This document shows, piece after piece, positions 8,960 to 16,941 of a stretch of 64,000 bases of DNA. Under the pieces are notes generated by a model, which made no database searches, was not told the origin of the DNA, and worked only from the letters and a program-made list of their open reading frames with translations. Both the position numbers and the translations under genes were made by a program. Source of the stretch: Betaproteobacteria bacterium (GTDB taxonomy: Bacteria; Pseudomonadota; Gammaproteobacteria; Burkholderiales; JACQAP01). The stretch spans positions 564 to 64,563 of the forward strand of contig JBDTRK010000005.1 of assembly GCA_039931685.1 (NCBI GenBank), read 5' to 3'. Every line of letters starts with the position of its first letter. Within the stretch, counting starts at the first letter, position 1.

Positions 8960-9865
8960 TCAGGCTGCGCCATGCTCCTCGGGAGCCATGGCCACCCGCA
9001 CCTCCGCGGCCGTTGCAAGCTCACCGCCACTGTTGGCGATTTTACGCGCGGCGTCCTCGACCAGCTGCAGGTTGGACCGTTCACAGCCCCACACCGCATC
9101 TTCCAGCCCGACGCGCACGTGCCCCCCCTCCGCCACCGCGCGCGGGATCATCGGCAACATGTCGACTTGCAGCCCGGCCACCATCCACTGCGCGCCGGGT
9201 GCCACCTGGTCGAGCAATTTCAGATAGGCGGTGAGCGCATAATCTTCCGGCGGAAAGCTGAAGGTGTAGCCGCTGGAAAACATGAAGCGATACACCGGCG
9301 CCGGACAACTCTCGCGCCAGTGCAATGTCGCGCCCAGGCGCACAAATCCAGGCTCATAGATGGCGTAACTCGGGTGTAATCCGTAGCGCATGGCCAGCTT
9401 GAGCCCATGACGCACGTCCTGTTCCTGATTGAGATAGACGAATCCCGGTTTGTCCTCGCGTAATTCGTCATACAGCGAAAAATTGGTCGAGCCGGGATCG
9501 ACCGCCGCCCATTCGATCAACCCGCGTCGCGCCAGTTCCTCGACGTGCGCGAAACGCTGTTGTGCGGTCTGCACGCCCGATTCAGCGCCCAGGCCAGCAG
9601 CCGGAATCGTCGGGTAGACGATGGCGTCTACCTGGCTGCGAATGCCATCAATGATTCTGGCGTAGACATCCGCATCCTGTGTTTGTGTCGCGCTCGCCTC
9701 GTCATAGGCATGGGCATGGACGATGGACGCGCCCGCCTTGACGCAGGCGATGCCCTCTTCCACGATCTCCTTCACGGTCACCGGGATACGTGGTTGGGAG
9801 CGGCGTGTCCAGGCTCCGTTCAGCGCGACTTCCAGCCAGGTCTTGCCCTGCCCTGTTGCTTGCAT
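8960..9865 (-). CDS. 3-keto-5-aminohexanoate cleavage enzyme family protein (BKACE, DUF849)
   Basis: LEVALNGAW...PVTVKEIVEEGIACVKAGASIVHAH is the typical BKACE N-terminus. GHVRVGLED lies near the C-terminus. Confidence 0.8.
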   Translation of the reverse strand: MQATGQGKTWLEVALNGAWTRRSQPRIPVTVKEIVEEGIACVKAGASIVHAHAYDEASATQTQDADVYARIIDGIRSQVDAIVYPTIPAAGLGAESGVQTAQQRFAHVEELARRGLIEWAAVDPGSTNFSLYDELREDKPGFVYLNQEQDVRHGLKLAMRYGLHPSYAIYEPGFVRLGATLHWRESCPAPVYRFMFSSGYTFSFPPEDYALTAYLKLLDQVAPGAQWMVAGLQVDMLPMIPRAVAEGGHVRVGLEDAVWGCERSNLQLVEDAARKIANSGGELATAAEVRVAMAPEEHGAA

Positions 9866-9886
9866 ATTTTTCGTTATCCGGTTAAA

Positions 9887-10582
9887 TCAAACCAGCGTGA
9901 CAGCCAGTTCTCCCAGGCCCTCGATCGAGCCGAGCATCTGGTCGCCAATTTTCACGGCGCCGACCCCGGCCGGCGTTCCGGTGTAGATCAGGTCGCCGGG
10001 CTTGAGCAGGTAATACTGCGACAGGTAGGCAATCGTGTCCTGGACATTCCAGATCATTTCCTGGATATCCGCCTGCTGACGCATCTCGCCGTTGACCGTC
10101 AGGGAAATCCTGCCCGTCGAATGATGGCCGTGGCTCGAAACCGGATGGATCGCCGCGATCGGCGCGGACTCGTCGAAGGCCTTGCCGAAATCCCACGGCC
10201 GTCCCATGTCGCGCGCCTTGAATTGCAGGTCGCGACGGGTCATGTCCAGGCCCACCGCGTAGCCAAAGACGAATTCAAGCGCCTTGGCGGCCGGTATGTT
10301 GCGGCCCTCGCGCTCGATCGCCACCACCATCTCGATTTCATGATGCAGGTTTTCCGTGCCGGGCGGGTAATGCATCTTGCCGCCGCCCGGCAGCACCGCA
10401 TCGGCCGGCTTGAGAAAGAAAAACGGCGGCTCTTTTTCCGGATCCTTGCCCATTTCCCGCGCATGGGCGGCGTAATTGCGGCCAACGCAATATATGCGGT
10501 GCACCGGGAAGCGTTCCTTGCGGCCGACGATCGGTACGGACGGCACCGGGCCGATACCGAACAACAATTCATTTTCGTTCAT
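9887..10582 (-). CDS. fumarylacetoacetate hydrolase family protein (likely fumarylpyruvate hydrolase)
   Basis: ATG at 10582 (MNENELLFGI...). FAH blocks are RIYCVGRNYAAHAREMG, FFFLKP, HHEIEMVVAI and PGDLIYTGTPAGVG. The track start at 10672 is an extension. Confidence 0.85.
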   Translation of the reverse strand: MNENELLFGIGPVPSVPIVGRKERFPVHRIYCVGRNYAAHAREMGKDPEKEPPFFFLKPADAVLPGGGKMHYPPGTENLHHEIEMVVAIEREGRNIPAAKALEFVFGYAVGLDMTRRDLQFKARDMGRPWDFGKAFDESAPIAAIHPVSSHGHHSTGRISLTVNGEMRQQADIQEMIWNVQDTIAYLSQYYLLKPGDLIYTGTPAGVGAVKIGDQMLGSIEGLGELAVTLV

Positions 10583-10723
10583 GGCTGAATAATTGAGAGT
10601 CAGAAAAGAAGGTTGGTCCGCGAGTGCCAGACAGCAGGCCGTCGGCCGCGAACAAGGCGTATTTTTGCACAAATGGCGTGAAGTTCTCCGCGGCCGGCCG
10701 CCAGCACTGGCGCGCGCCGCGGC

Positions 10724-11767
10724 TTATTGCAGCTGTTCCTCCCGCCACAGGCCCAGCGCCCGCTGCACCGGCCGGTCCGAGAAACTGAACAATACCGTCT
10801 GTTCCGACGCGTACAGCGCGTAGGCTTGCCAGGAAGGCACGACGAAGGTGTCGCGTGCCGAAAATTCAAAACTCTCGCCGCCGATCACGGCACGCCCGCT
10901 TCCCTCGATCACCGAGAAAACGCTGCCGTCCGTGCTGCGATAAGGCAGCCCGCTGAATCCCTTGGGCAGCAACTGGATATAGGCACCCATCGTCGGCATG
11001 GCGGCGCCGCCGCTCGCCGGATTGACGAATTCCATCTTGTGGCCATGGCTCGCATGCGGTTTATCGACGCGGGCAAGTTGCATCAGGCTTTCGCGCGACC
11101 GCGAATAGGGGTAGGCGAACACTGGCGAAGTCGCATCCTTCGGCTGGAAAGCGATTGGCAGCAGGTTGTTGCCGTAACGCAGCCAGGCGTCGCCTTCCGG
11201 GCGCACCACTTCCTGTTCCTCGCGTGGGTATTCCTCGGCGAATCCGGCATCGAAAAAACGCACCAGCGGTATGTCGAGGCCATCGAGCCAGACCACCGGT
11301 TCGTCCGCCGCATTGCCATGGTCGTGCCATGTCCACGATGGCGTGATGATGAAATCGCCGGGATGCATGGTCACGCGCTCCCCGTCGACCGCGGTATAGG
11401 CGCCGGTACCTTCGACGATCAGTCGCAACGCGGTCTGCGTATGGCGGTGGCTCGGCGCCACTTCGCCGGGAAGGATCAGTTGCCAGCCGGCGTAAAGCGA
11501 ATTCGTGATCGCTGACTGGCCGGGAATCCCCGGGTTCTCGAGAATCAGCACGCGCCGCACCGCTTCCTTCGCCGTGATCAGGCTGCCCGACTCCATCAGC
11601 CAGGGCCGCACTTGCGCGTATTTCCAGATGGCCGGCAGGCAGGGCGATTTCGGCTGGCGCGGCACCAGGGCACTCATCATTTCCCACAGCGGCGTCAGAT
11701 GCGCCGGCGCAATGCGGCGGTAATATGCCTCCCGCTCCGCGCGGGGGTCCTTCTGCGTCTGGCCCAT
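10724..11767 (-). CDS. gentisate 1,2-dioxygenase (bicupin)
   Basis: 347 aa. LTPLWE, the first cupin motif PGEVAPSHRHTQTALRLIVEG and the second cupin VFSVIEGSG are characteristic of gentisate dioxygenases. Confidence 0.85.
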   Translation of the reverse strand: MGQTQKDPRAEREAYYRRIAPAHLTPLWEMMSALVPRQPKSPCLPAIWKYAQVRPWLMESGSLITAKEAVRRVLILENPGIPGQSAITNSLYAGWQLILPGEVAPSHRHTQTALRLIVEGTGAYTAVDGERVTMHPGDFIITPSWTWHDHGNAADEPVVWLDGLDIPLVRFFDAGFAEEYPREEQEVVRPEGDAWLRYGNNLLPIAFQPKDATSPVFAYPYSRSRESLMQLARVDKPHASHGHKMEFVNPASGGAAMPTMGAYIQLLPKGFSGLPYRSTDGSVFSVIEGSGRAVIGGESFEFSARDTFVVPSWQAYALYASEQTVLFSFSDRPVQRALGLWREEQLQ

Positions 11768-11812
11768 GTCCCGCCTCCTTGATGCACCGATCCCGTTACG
11801 GCGTCGCCATTA

Positions 11813-12523
11813 TCACGACGTCTGGATTTTCGGCAAAGTCAATCCAAAATCCTTCTCGACCAGTTCGGTGACGCGCGACAGAAAATCGGCGCGCATCTCG
11901 TCGTTGCTGCGGCTCTTCAGGCCCCAGCGCAGATAGATCTCATTGTTTTTCGACTTGCTGGCGCCGAAAAATCCCGGCGTGATGGGATAGTAACGGTTGA
12001 TCGCATCCTGCACCGCCGCCTTGCCCGGCTCGGTAGCGATCAATTCCATGCAGAAATCCTTGCCGAACTTGGCATGGAATTTCTCCTCCGGCATGGTTAT
12101 GCGCGCCAGGTCGCGCAGCGGATGAAAGGAGCAGTGCAGCAAGTCTTCGACCTGGAGAATCTCGGCATAGTCGGCAATCGCCTTGATCACGCAGAATTCC
12201 GGCCACGTCTTCAACTGGAACCCGAATATCGTCAGCGGTTTTTTGATTTTTGGATCCATCATTTCCGCCGGCACTCCGATCTGCTCCGCCAGCCCGCGGA
12301 AACGAATATGGTGATGGTACTCCTCCATCGCCACGCGGCAGGTCAGCCATTTCGCGTAAGGCGAAGGTGCCAGCGCGATGGCGGGCTCGTCGAATACCTG
12401 CGCGCCGTACAACTCGTTCACGGCATGGCTGATGACGATTTTCCTGACGGCGGTCTGGTATTCCTCCGGCTGTTGCGCGAACTCGGCCGCGGTTTTCACG
12501 GCAAAGGTGGCGGTTGCAGTCAT
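11813..12523 (-). CDS. PaaA-like ferritin-fold di-iron oxygenase subunit (phenylacetic-acid catabolic protein family)
   Basis: Full E...ExxH...E...ExxH set: NELYG, MEEYHHH, VEDLLH, PEEKFHAKF. The C-terminal WGLKSRSNDEMRADFLSRV...GLTLP resembles the PaaA C-terminus. I chose ATG at 12523; a TTG at 12538 is also possible. Confidence 0.7.
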   Translation of the reverse strand: MTATATFAVKTAAEFAQQPEEYQTAVRKIVISHAVNELYGAQVFDEPAIALAPSPYAKWLTCRVAMEEYHHHIRFRGLAEQIGVPAEMMDPKIKKPLTIFGFQLKTWPEFCVIKAIADYAEILQVEDLLHCSFHPLRDLARITMPEEKFHAKFGKDFCMELIATEPGKAAVQDAINRYYPITPGFFGASKSKNNEIYLRWGLKSRSNDEMRADFLSRVTELVEKDFGLTLPKIQTS

Positions 12524-12534
12524 GAATGCACCTC

Positions 12535-13467
12535 TCAAACGATCGGTTCGGTATTGAAATATTCGAGGTCGGTGGCGAGATCGGTGAACCCGCTTCCCAA
12601 CTCGGCGTTGATGGCCAGCGCCAGTGCGGCTTCATCCCACTCGCCTGCGGCCGCCATGAGCGTTCGCGCGACCGGACGCGGTTGCGAAAACAACAGCAGT
12701 TCGCGCCCGCGCACGCCAAACAACTGGCCGGTGACCGCGTTCGCGTCCGCACTCAACAAGGCCGCCAGCCTGGCCACATAGTGCGCAGGCACCCGCAGCG
12801 CGCGCGCCTTGTAAGAAGCCTGGGCATCATTGGCCGGCAGGATGGATTCGGTCACCCGCGTAGCGGCGAACGGCGCAATCGCATTGCAGGTGACGTTTGA
12901 GCGCGACATATCCATCGCGACCACGCGCGTGAGCCCGACCAGTCCAGCCTTGGCCGAGGCATACGCCGACTGTCCGAAATTACCGAACAATCCGGCGCTC
13001 GAGACGATATTGACGATGCGTCCGGGCGCGCGGCCGGACTTTTGCTGCTCGCGCATCAATGGCGTGGCCGCCGCGAGCAGCGCGAATGGTGCGGTCAGAT
13101 TGGTGGCGACGACTTTTTCCCAGTTGTCGCGGCTCGCCTTGAAAATGAAACCGTCGCGCAGAATCGCCGCGTTGTTGATGACGATGTCGATCGCCCCGAA
13201 CGCCTTGACGACGCTCTGCACGGCGCGCTCCGGGACACCGGCAACGGCCAGGTCTTCGCCAAACGCGAGCGCGCGGGCGCCGAGCTTGGCCGCAAGAGAT
13301 TCGGCAAGCGCGGGGTCAGGCTCGGTGCCGGCGATCGATACGCCGCTGTCGGCGATGAGTATCGCGGCGCCGCGGCGGTGCAATTCCTCGACGATCGCCA
13401 GCCCGATGCCGCGCGCGCCGCCGGTTACGATCGCAACCCTGCCCGCCAAGGTCTGTGCCACGCTCAT
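12535..13467 (-). CDS. SDR-family oxidoreductase with about 60-aa C-terminal extension (MFE-2-type hydroxyacyl-CoA dehydrogenase-like)
   Basis: TGGARGIG cofactor motif, NNAAI, and the catalytic YASAKAG (YxxxK). 4-nt overlap with the upstream reductase gene. Confidence 0.8.
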   Translation of the reverse strand: MSVAQTLAGRVAIVTGGARGIGLAIVEELHRRGAAILIADSGVSIAGTEPDPALAESLAAKLGARALAFGEDLAVAGVPERAVQSVVKAFGAIDIVINNAAILRDGFIFKASRDNWEKVVATNLTAPFALLAAATPLMREQQKSGRAPGRIVNIVSSAGLFGNFGQSAYASAKAGLVGLTRVVAMDMSRSNVTCNAIAPFAATRVTESILPANDAQASYKARALRVPAHYVARLAALLSADANAVTGQLFGVRGRELLLFSQPRPVARTLMAAAGEWDEAALALAINAELGSGFTDLATDLEYFNTEPIV

Positions 13468-14519
13468 CGTGCCTCCGCCATTTTTTCAGGATTCTCCGCA
13501 GCCGGAAAAAAAGCATCGGCATGGATATCGCGGGATTCGACGCCCCGCTCGCGCACCAGCGTGGTCGCTGCATCGACCATGGGCGGCGGCCCCGCGAAAT
13601 AGGCCTTGAATCCCGCGAGCGATGCAAAATCCGCCGCAACCGCATCGGTAACCAGGCCGTTTCTTCTTGGCAGCAAGGTCGCCCGGGACTGCGCAACGCC
13701 TTCGGACAACACGATGTGCGCCTTGAAGCCGGGATGTCGTTGCTGCAATGCGGCCAATTCCGCCTCGAAGTAAACGTCGCGCTCGGCGCGCACGCCGAAA
13801 TACAGGTGCAGCGGCCGCCCGAAGCCACCGACCAGTGCCGCCTCGATGATTGATTTGATCGGCGCCAGGCCACTGCCGCCGGCAATACATAGCATCGCAC
13901 CGGAGTGTTGCGCGCGCAGGTACGACGTGCCGAGCGGACCGGCGACCCTGACCATGCCCCCTGGGTGCAGCCCCCTCGCGACGCGGCCGCTCACCGAATT
14001 TGCAGCGGGCATGACGCGAATGTGGAACTCGAGCAGTTTCTCATCCGGCCGGTTTGCCATGGAATAGTCGCGGGCCTGGCCGGGCGCGAATGGAAACTCA
14101 AGGCTGGCAAACTGTCCCGCGGAAAACACGAAGGGTCCACCAGAGATAATTTCCAGCCTGAGCCTGAGAATGTCATGCGTAAGTGCCGTCACGTCGGTCA
14201 CCTTGCAGCCCAGTATGCGCGAGGGATGCACGACAAACTCTTCGGCGTCGAGCCGGCGCACGACGACATCGCTCCACACCTGCGACCGGCACGCGAGCAC
14301 GATGCCGCGGCCGCGTTCGGCGGCCGACAGCGCGTGTTCGGAGTATTCGAGCTCCATGATGTCGCCGGATACGAACTCGCAACGGCAGGTTCCACAATTG
14401 CCGGCCTGGCAGCTGTAGGCAAAACCGACACCGTGCGCGAGCAAGGCGTCTAGCACGGTTTGGCCTTCCTCGGCCGGGACGCTCTGGTTCAGATCGGCGA
14501 CGGTGACGGTCAGGCTCAC
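13464..14519 (-). CDS. [2Fe-2S] ferredoxin-FAD/NAD(P)H oxidoreductase (N-terminal ferredoxin; MmoC/DmpP/BenC architecture)
   Basis: Plant-type cluster motif CQAGNCGTCRC...C, FAD motif RDYSMAN, NAD motif MLCIAGGSGLAP. GTG at 14519 (VSLTVTVADL) was chosen; the track start TTG at 14570 would nearly abut marR. Confidence 0.8.
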   Translation of the reverse strand: MSLTVTVADLNQSVPAEEGQTVLDALLAHGVGFAYSCQAGNCGTCRCEFVSGDIMELEYSEHALSAAERGRGIVLACRSQVWSDVVVRRLDAEEFVVHPSRILGCKVTDVTALTHDILRLRLEIISGGPFVFSAGQFASLEFPFAPGQARDYSMANRPDEKLLEFHIRVMPAANSVSGRVARGLHPGGMVRVAGPLGTSYLRAQHSGAMLCIAGGSGLAPIKSIIEAALVGGFGRPLHLYFGVRAERDVYFEAELAALQQRHPGFKAHIVLSEGVAQSRATLLPRRNGLVTDAVAADFASLAGFKAYFAGPPPMVDAATTLVRERGVESRDIHADAFFPAAENPEKMAEAR

Positions 14520-14563
14520 GATTGTGGACGGCTGGCGGGGTGGTTGCGGATGGACTACTATCC

Positions 14564-15070
14564 ATGCCAAGTATGGGAAGCAAACCGTTGGATGTCAAAC
14601 AATCGCGCCGCGCGGGCCAAGGTCGCGCGGCGCCGGACCGCGAACCGCCGGATCTGGGGGTATTGACCGGCCTGATCGGCTACCAGCTGCGGCTGGCGCA
14701 GCGCGCGATATTTGCCGATTTCGCCGACACGGTTGGCACTGACGGTATCTCGCCGGGGCTGTTCGGCATCCTCGTCGTCATCGGGCAAAACCCAGGACTG
14801 ACCCAGCAGGCACTGGCCAATGCCGCCCATCTGGACCGCTCCAGCGTCGTAACCGTGATCGACAAGCTTGAAGACCGCGGCCTGGTGGAGCGCCGCGCAG
14901 CCGACCGGCGCAGCAACGGGCTGTTCCTGGCGGCCAAGGGCGCCGCACTGTTGCGCGGCCTGAAGCGCAAGGTGACGCAGCACGAACGCCGGGTTGTCCA
15001 GAAACTTTCCTCGCACGAGCGCGCCCAATTGATCGAACTGCTGCAGCGCATCCTGCCGGAACGGCGCTGA
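14564..15070 (+). CDS. MarR-family transcriptional regulator
   Basis: ATG at 14564 (or 14573). Winged-helix block GLTQQALANAAHLDRSSVVTVIDKLEDRGLVERR. Divergent from the oxygenase cluster. Confidence 0.75.
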   Translation: MPSMGSKPLDVKQSRRAGQGRAAPDREPPDLGVLTGLIGYQLRLAQRAIFADFADTVGTDGISPGLFGILVVIGQNPGLTQQALANAAHLDRSSVVTVIDKLEDRGLVERRAADRRSNGLFLAAKGAALLRGLKRKVTQHERRVVQKLSSHERAQLIELLQRILPERR

Positions 15071-15083
15071 CCCGGAGACCGCC

Positions 15084-16166
15084 ATGGCCCGAAAACCTGT
15101 CAACCGCAAGAAGCCGTTTCGCCCGCGTGGCAAAACACCCGGACTGCCGCCGGGTTCGCTGGTCTACGGTGGGGACACGCTGGCGCTGCCGCGCGTGACC
15201 ATGCTCGACTACGATGAAAACAGGGTCGTCGAGAAGGAACTGGCACGGGTCGACGACTGCATCCCGTTCAAGGATGCCCAGACCGTGACCTGGATCAACG
15301 TCGAGAACATCGCACAGCCTGGACTGCTGGAGAACTTCGGGCGGGTCATGGGTTTCCATGCGCTGATGCTCGAAGACATTCTCCACACCGACCAGCGGCC
15401 CAAATTCGAGGATTACGGCAATTACATTTACATCACCGTAAAAATGCTCGACTACGACAGCGCCAAGGATGGAATCGAAATCGAGCAGCTATCGCTGGTT
15501 CTTGGACCGAACTACGTCATTTCCTTCCAGGAACGCGCCGGGGATTTCTTCGATCCGCTGCGCGAGCGCATACGCAAATCCCTCGGACGCGTACGCAAGA
15601 TGGGCAGCGACTATCTGGCCTATGCCATTCTGGACATCATCGTCAACCACTATTTCGTGGTGCTGGAGAAACTCGGCGAGAAAATAGACAAACTCGAAGA
15701 CGTCGTGATCGACAACCCCGGTCAGGACACGGTGCGCGCGGTACATGCCGTCAAGCGCGAGATGATCTTCGTGCGCAAATCCACCTGGCCCCTGCGCGAA
15801 GTCGTGACCAGCCTGCAGCGTTCGGAATCGGCACTGGTGCGCGAATCGAACGCCGCCTACTATCGTGACCTGCACGACCACATCATGCAGGTCACCGATA
15901 GCGTGGACACGTTTCGCGACCTGCTCAACGGCATGCTCGACTCCTATTATTCGACCATCACCACGCGCACCAACAGTGTCATGAAAGTGCTGACGCTGTT
16001 TTCCGCGATTTTCATGCCGCTGACCTTCATTACCGGCATTTTCGGCATGAACTTCCGGAACTTTCCGGAACTCGAATGGCGCTACGGATTTCAGGGCTCG
16101 CTGATCCTGATGGTGACCGTGATTCTCGGCATGGTCGTGATGTTCAAGTGGAAAAAATGGTTATAG
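15084..16166 (+). CDS. corA: magnesium/cobalt transporter CorA
   Basis: 360 aa, C-terminal two TM helices with the GMN motif (GIFGMNF). Confidence 0.9.
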   Translation: MARKPVNRKKPFRPRGKTPGLPPGSLVYGGDTLALPRVTMLDYDENRVVEKELARVDDCIPFKDAQTVTWINVENIAQPGLLENFGRVMGFHALMLEDILHTDQRPKFEDYGNYIYITVKMLDYDSAKDGIEIEQLSLVLGPNYVISFQERAGDFFDPLRERIRKSLGRVRKMGSDYLAYAILDIIVNHYFVVLEKLGEKIDKLEDVVIDNPGQDTVRAVHAVKREMIFVRKSTWPLREVVTSLQRSESALVRESNAAYYRDLHDHIMQVTDSVDTFRDLLNGMLDSYYSTITTRTNSVMKVLTLFSAIFMPLTFITGIFGMNFRNFPELEWRYGFQGSLILMVTVILGMVVMFKWKKWL

Positions 16167-16235
16167 ATCGACGAGCGGACGGCCACCGGCGGGACCGAAA
16201 TGCCGCGACCGCCGTCTGCCGAGAACCAGCGGAAT

Positions 16236-16649
16236 TCAGTCCGTCTCTGGGACACGGCCGCGCGCGCGTTTGAGGCTTGCGCGCGTGCGCTTTCCGGCGA
16301 TGCGCCGCTCCTTCGAGGCGCGTGTCGGACGTGTCGCGATGCGTCTTTTCGGTTTTTCCGACGCAGCCTGCAGCAATCGCGTCAGCCGGCCCAGCGCATC
16401 GCGCCGGTTCGCTTCCTGCGTGCGAAAACGCCCGGCATCGATGACCAGCACGTCCTGGATGCTGACGCGCCTGCCGCCAAGCCGGCGCAGGCGTGACTTG
16501 ACGTCTTCGGCCAGCGAGTTACTGGCGCCGATGTTGAAGCGCAATTCCACCGCGGTGGACACCTTGTTGACGTTCTGTCCTCCAGGCCCGGAAGCCCGCA
16601 CGTGCCGGAACTCCAGTTCTGCCTCGGGTATCGGGAAGTCACGCAACAC
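16236..16649 (-). CDS. arfB: alternative ribosome-rescue factor ArfB (peptidyl-tRNA hydrolase, YaeJ)
   Basis: 137 aa, ASGPGGQNVNKVSTAV GGQ motif plus a basic C-terminal tail. Confidence 0.85.
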   Translation of the reverse strand: MLRDFPIPEAELEFRHVRASGPGGQNVNKVSTAVELRFNIGASNSLAEDVKSRLRRLGGRRVSIQDVLVIDAGRFRTQEANRRDALGRLTRLLQAASEKPKRRIATRPTRASKERRIAGKRTRASLKRARGRVPETD

Positions 16650-16941
16650 AACGCTCCTTTAACTGATTCTTGACGTGCAGGCCGGACATTCTGCCATTCC
16701 CGGCAATGCCCTGTTATGCGGCGGCGCAGCACATTGCAACGCGCATCCGGCAACAATTTGGCGGCGCCGGAAAATTGTTTCGGCATGCTTGCAATCGAAA
16801 ATAATGAGGGCTACATTTGCGACGGGCTTCCTCTAGGGCGCCGCTTGAACAAGAACTCAATAAGCAGGTGGCACGCGAGGGGACAATCAGTACGCCATTA
16901 GTTGCGCCCAATCCACTAAATAAAATGAACGGGAGAGAGTT

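Noticed and set aside
16868-16885. Sigma-54 promoter upstream of the PQQ dehydrogenase (TGGCAC at 16868-16873)
   Set aside because: The -24 element is perfect, but the -12 position reads GGGAC instead of TTGC at the required spacing.
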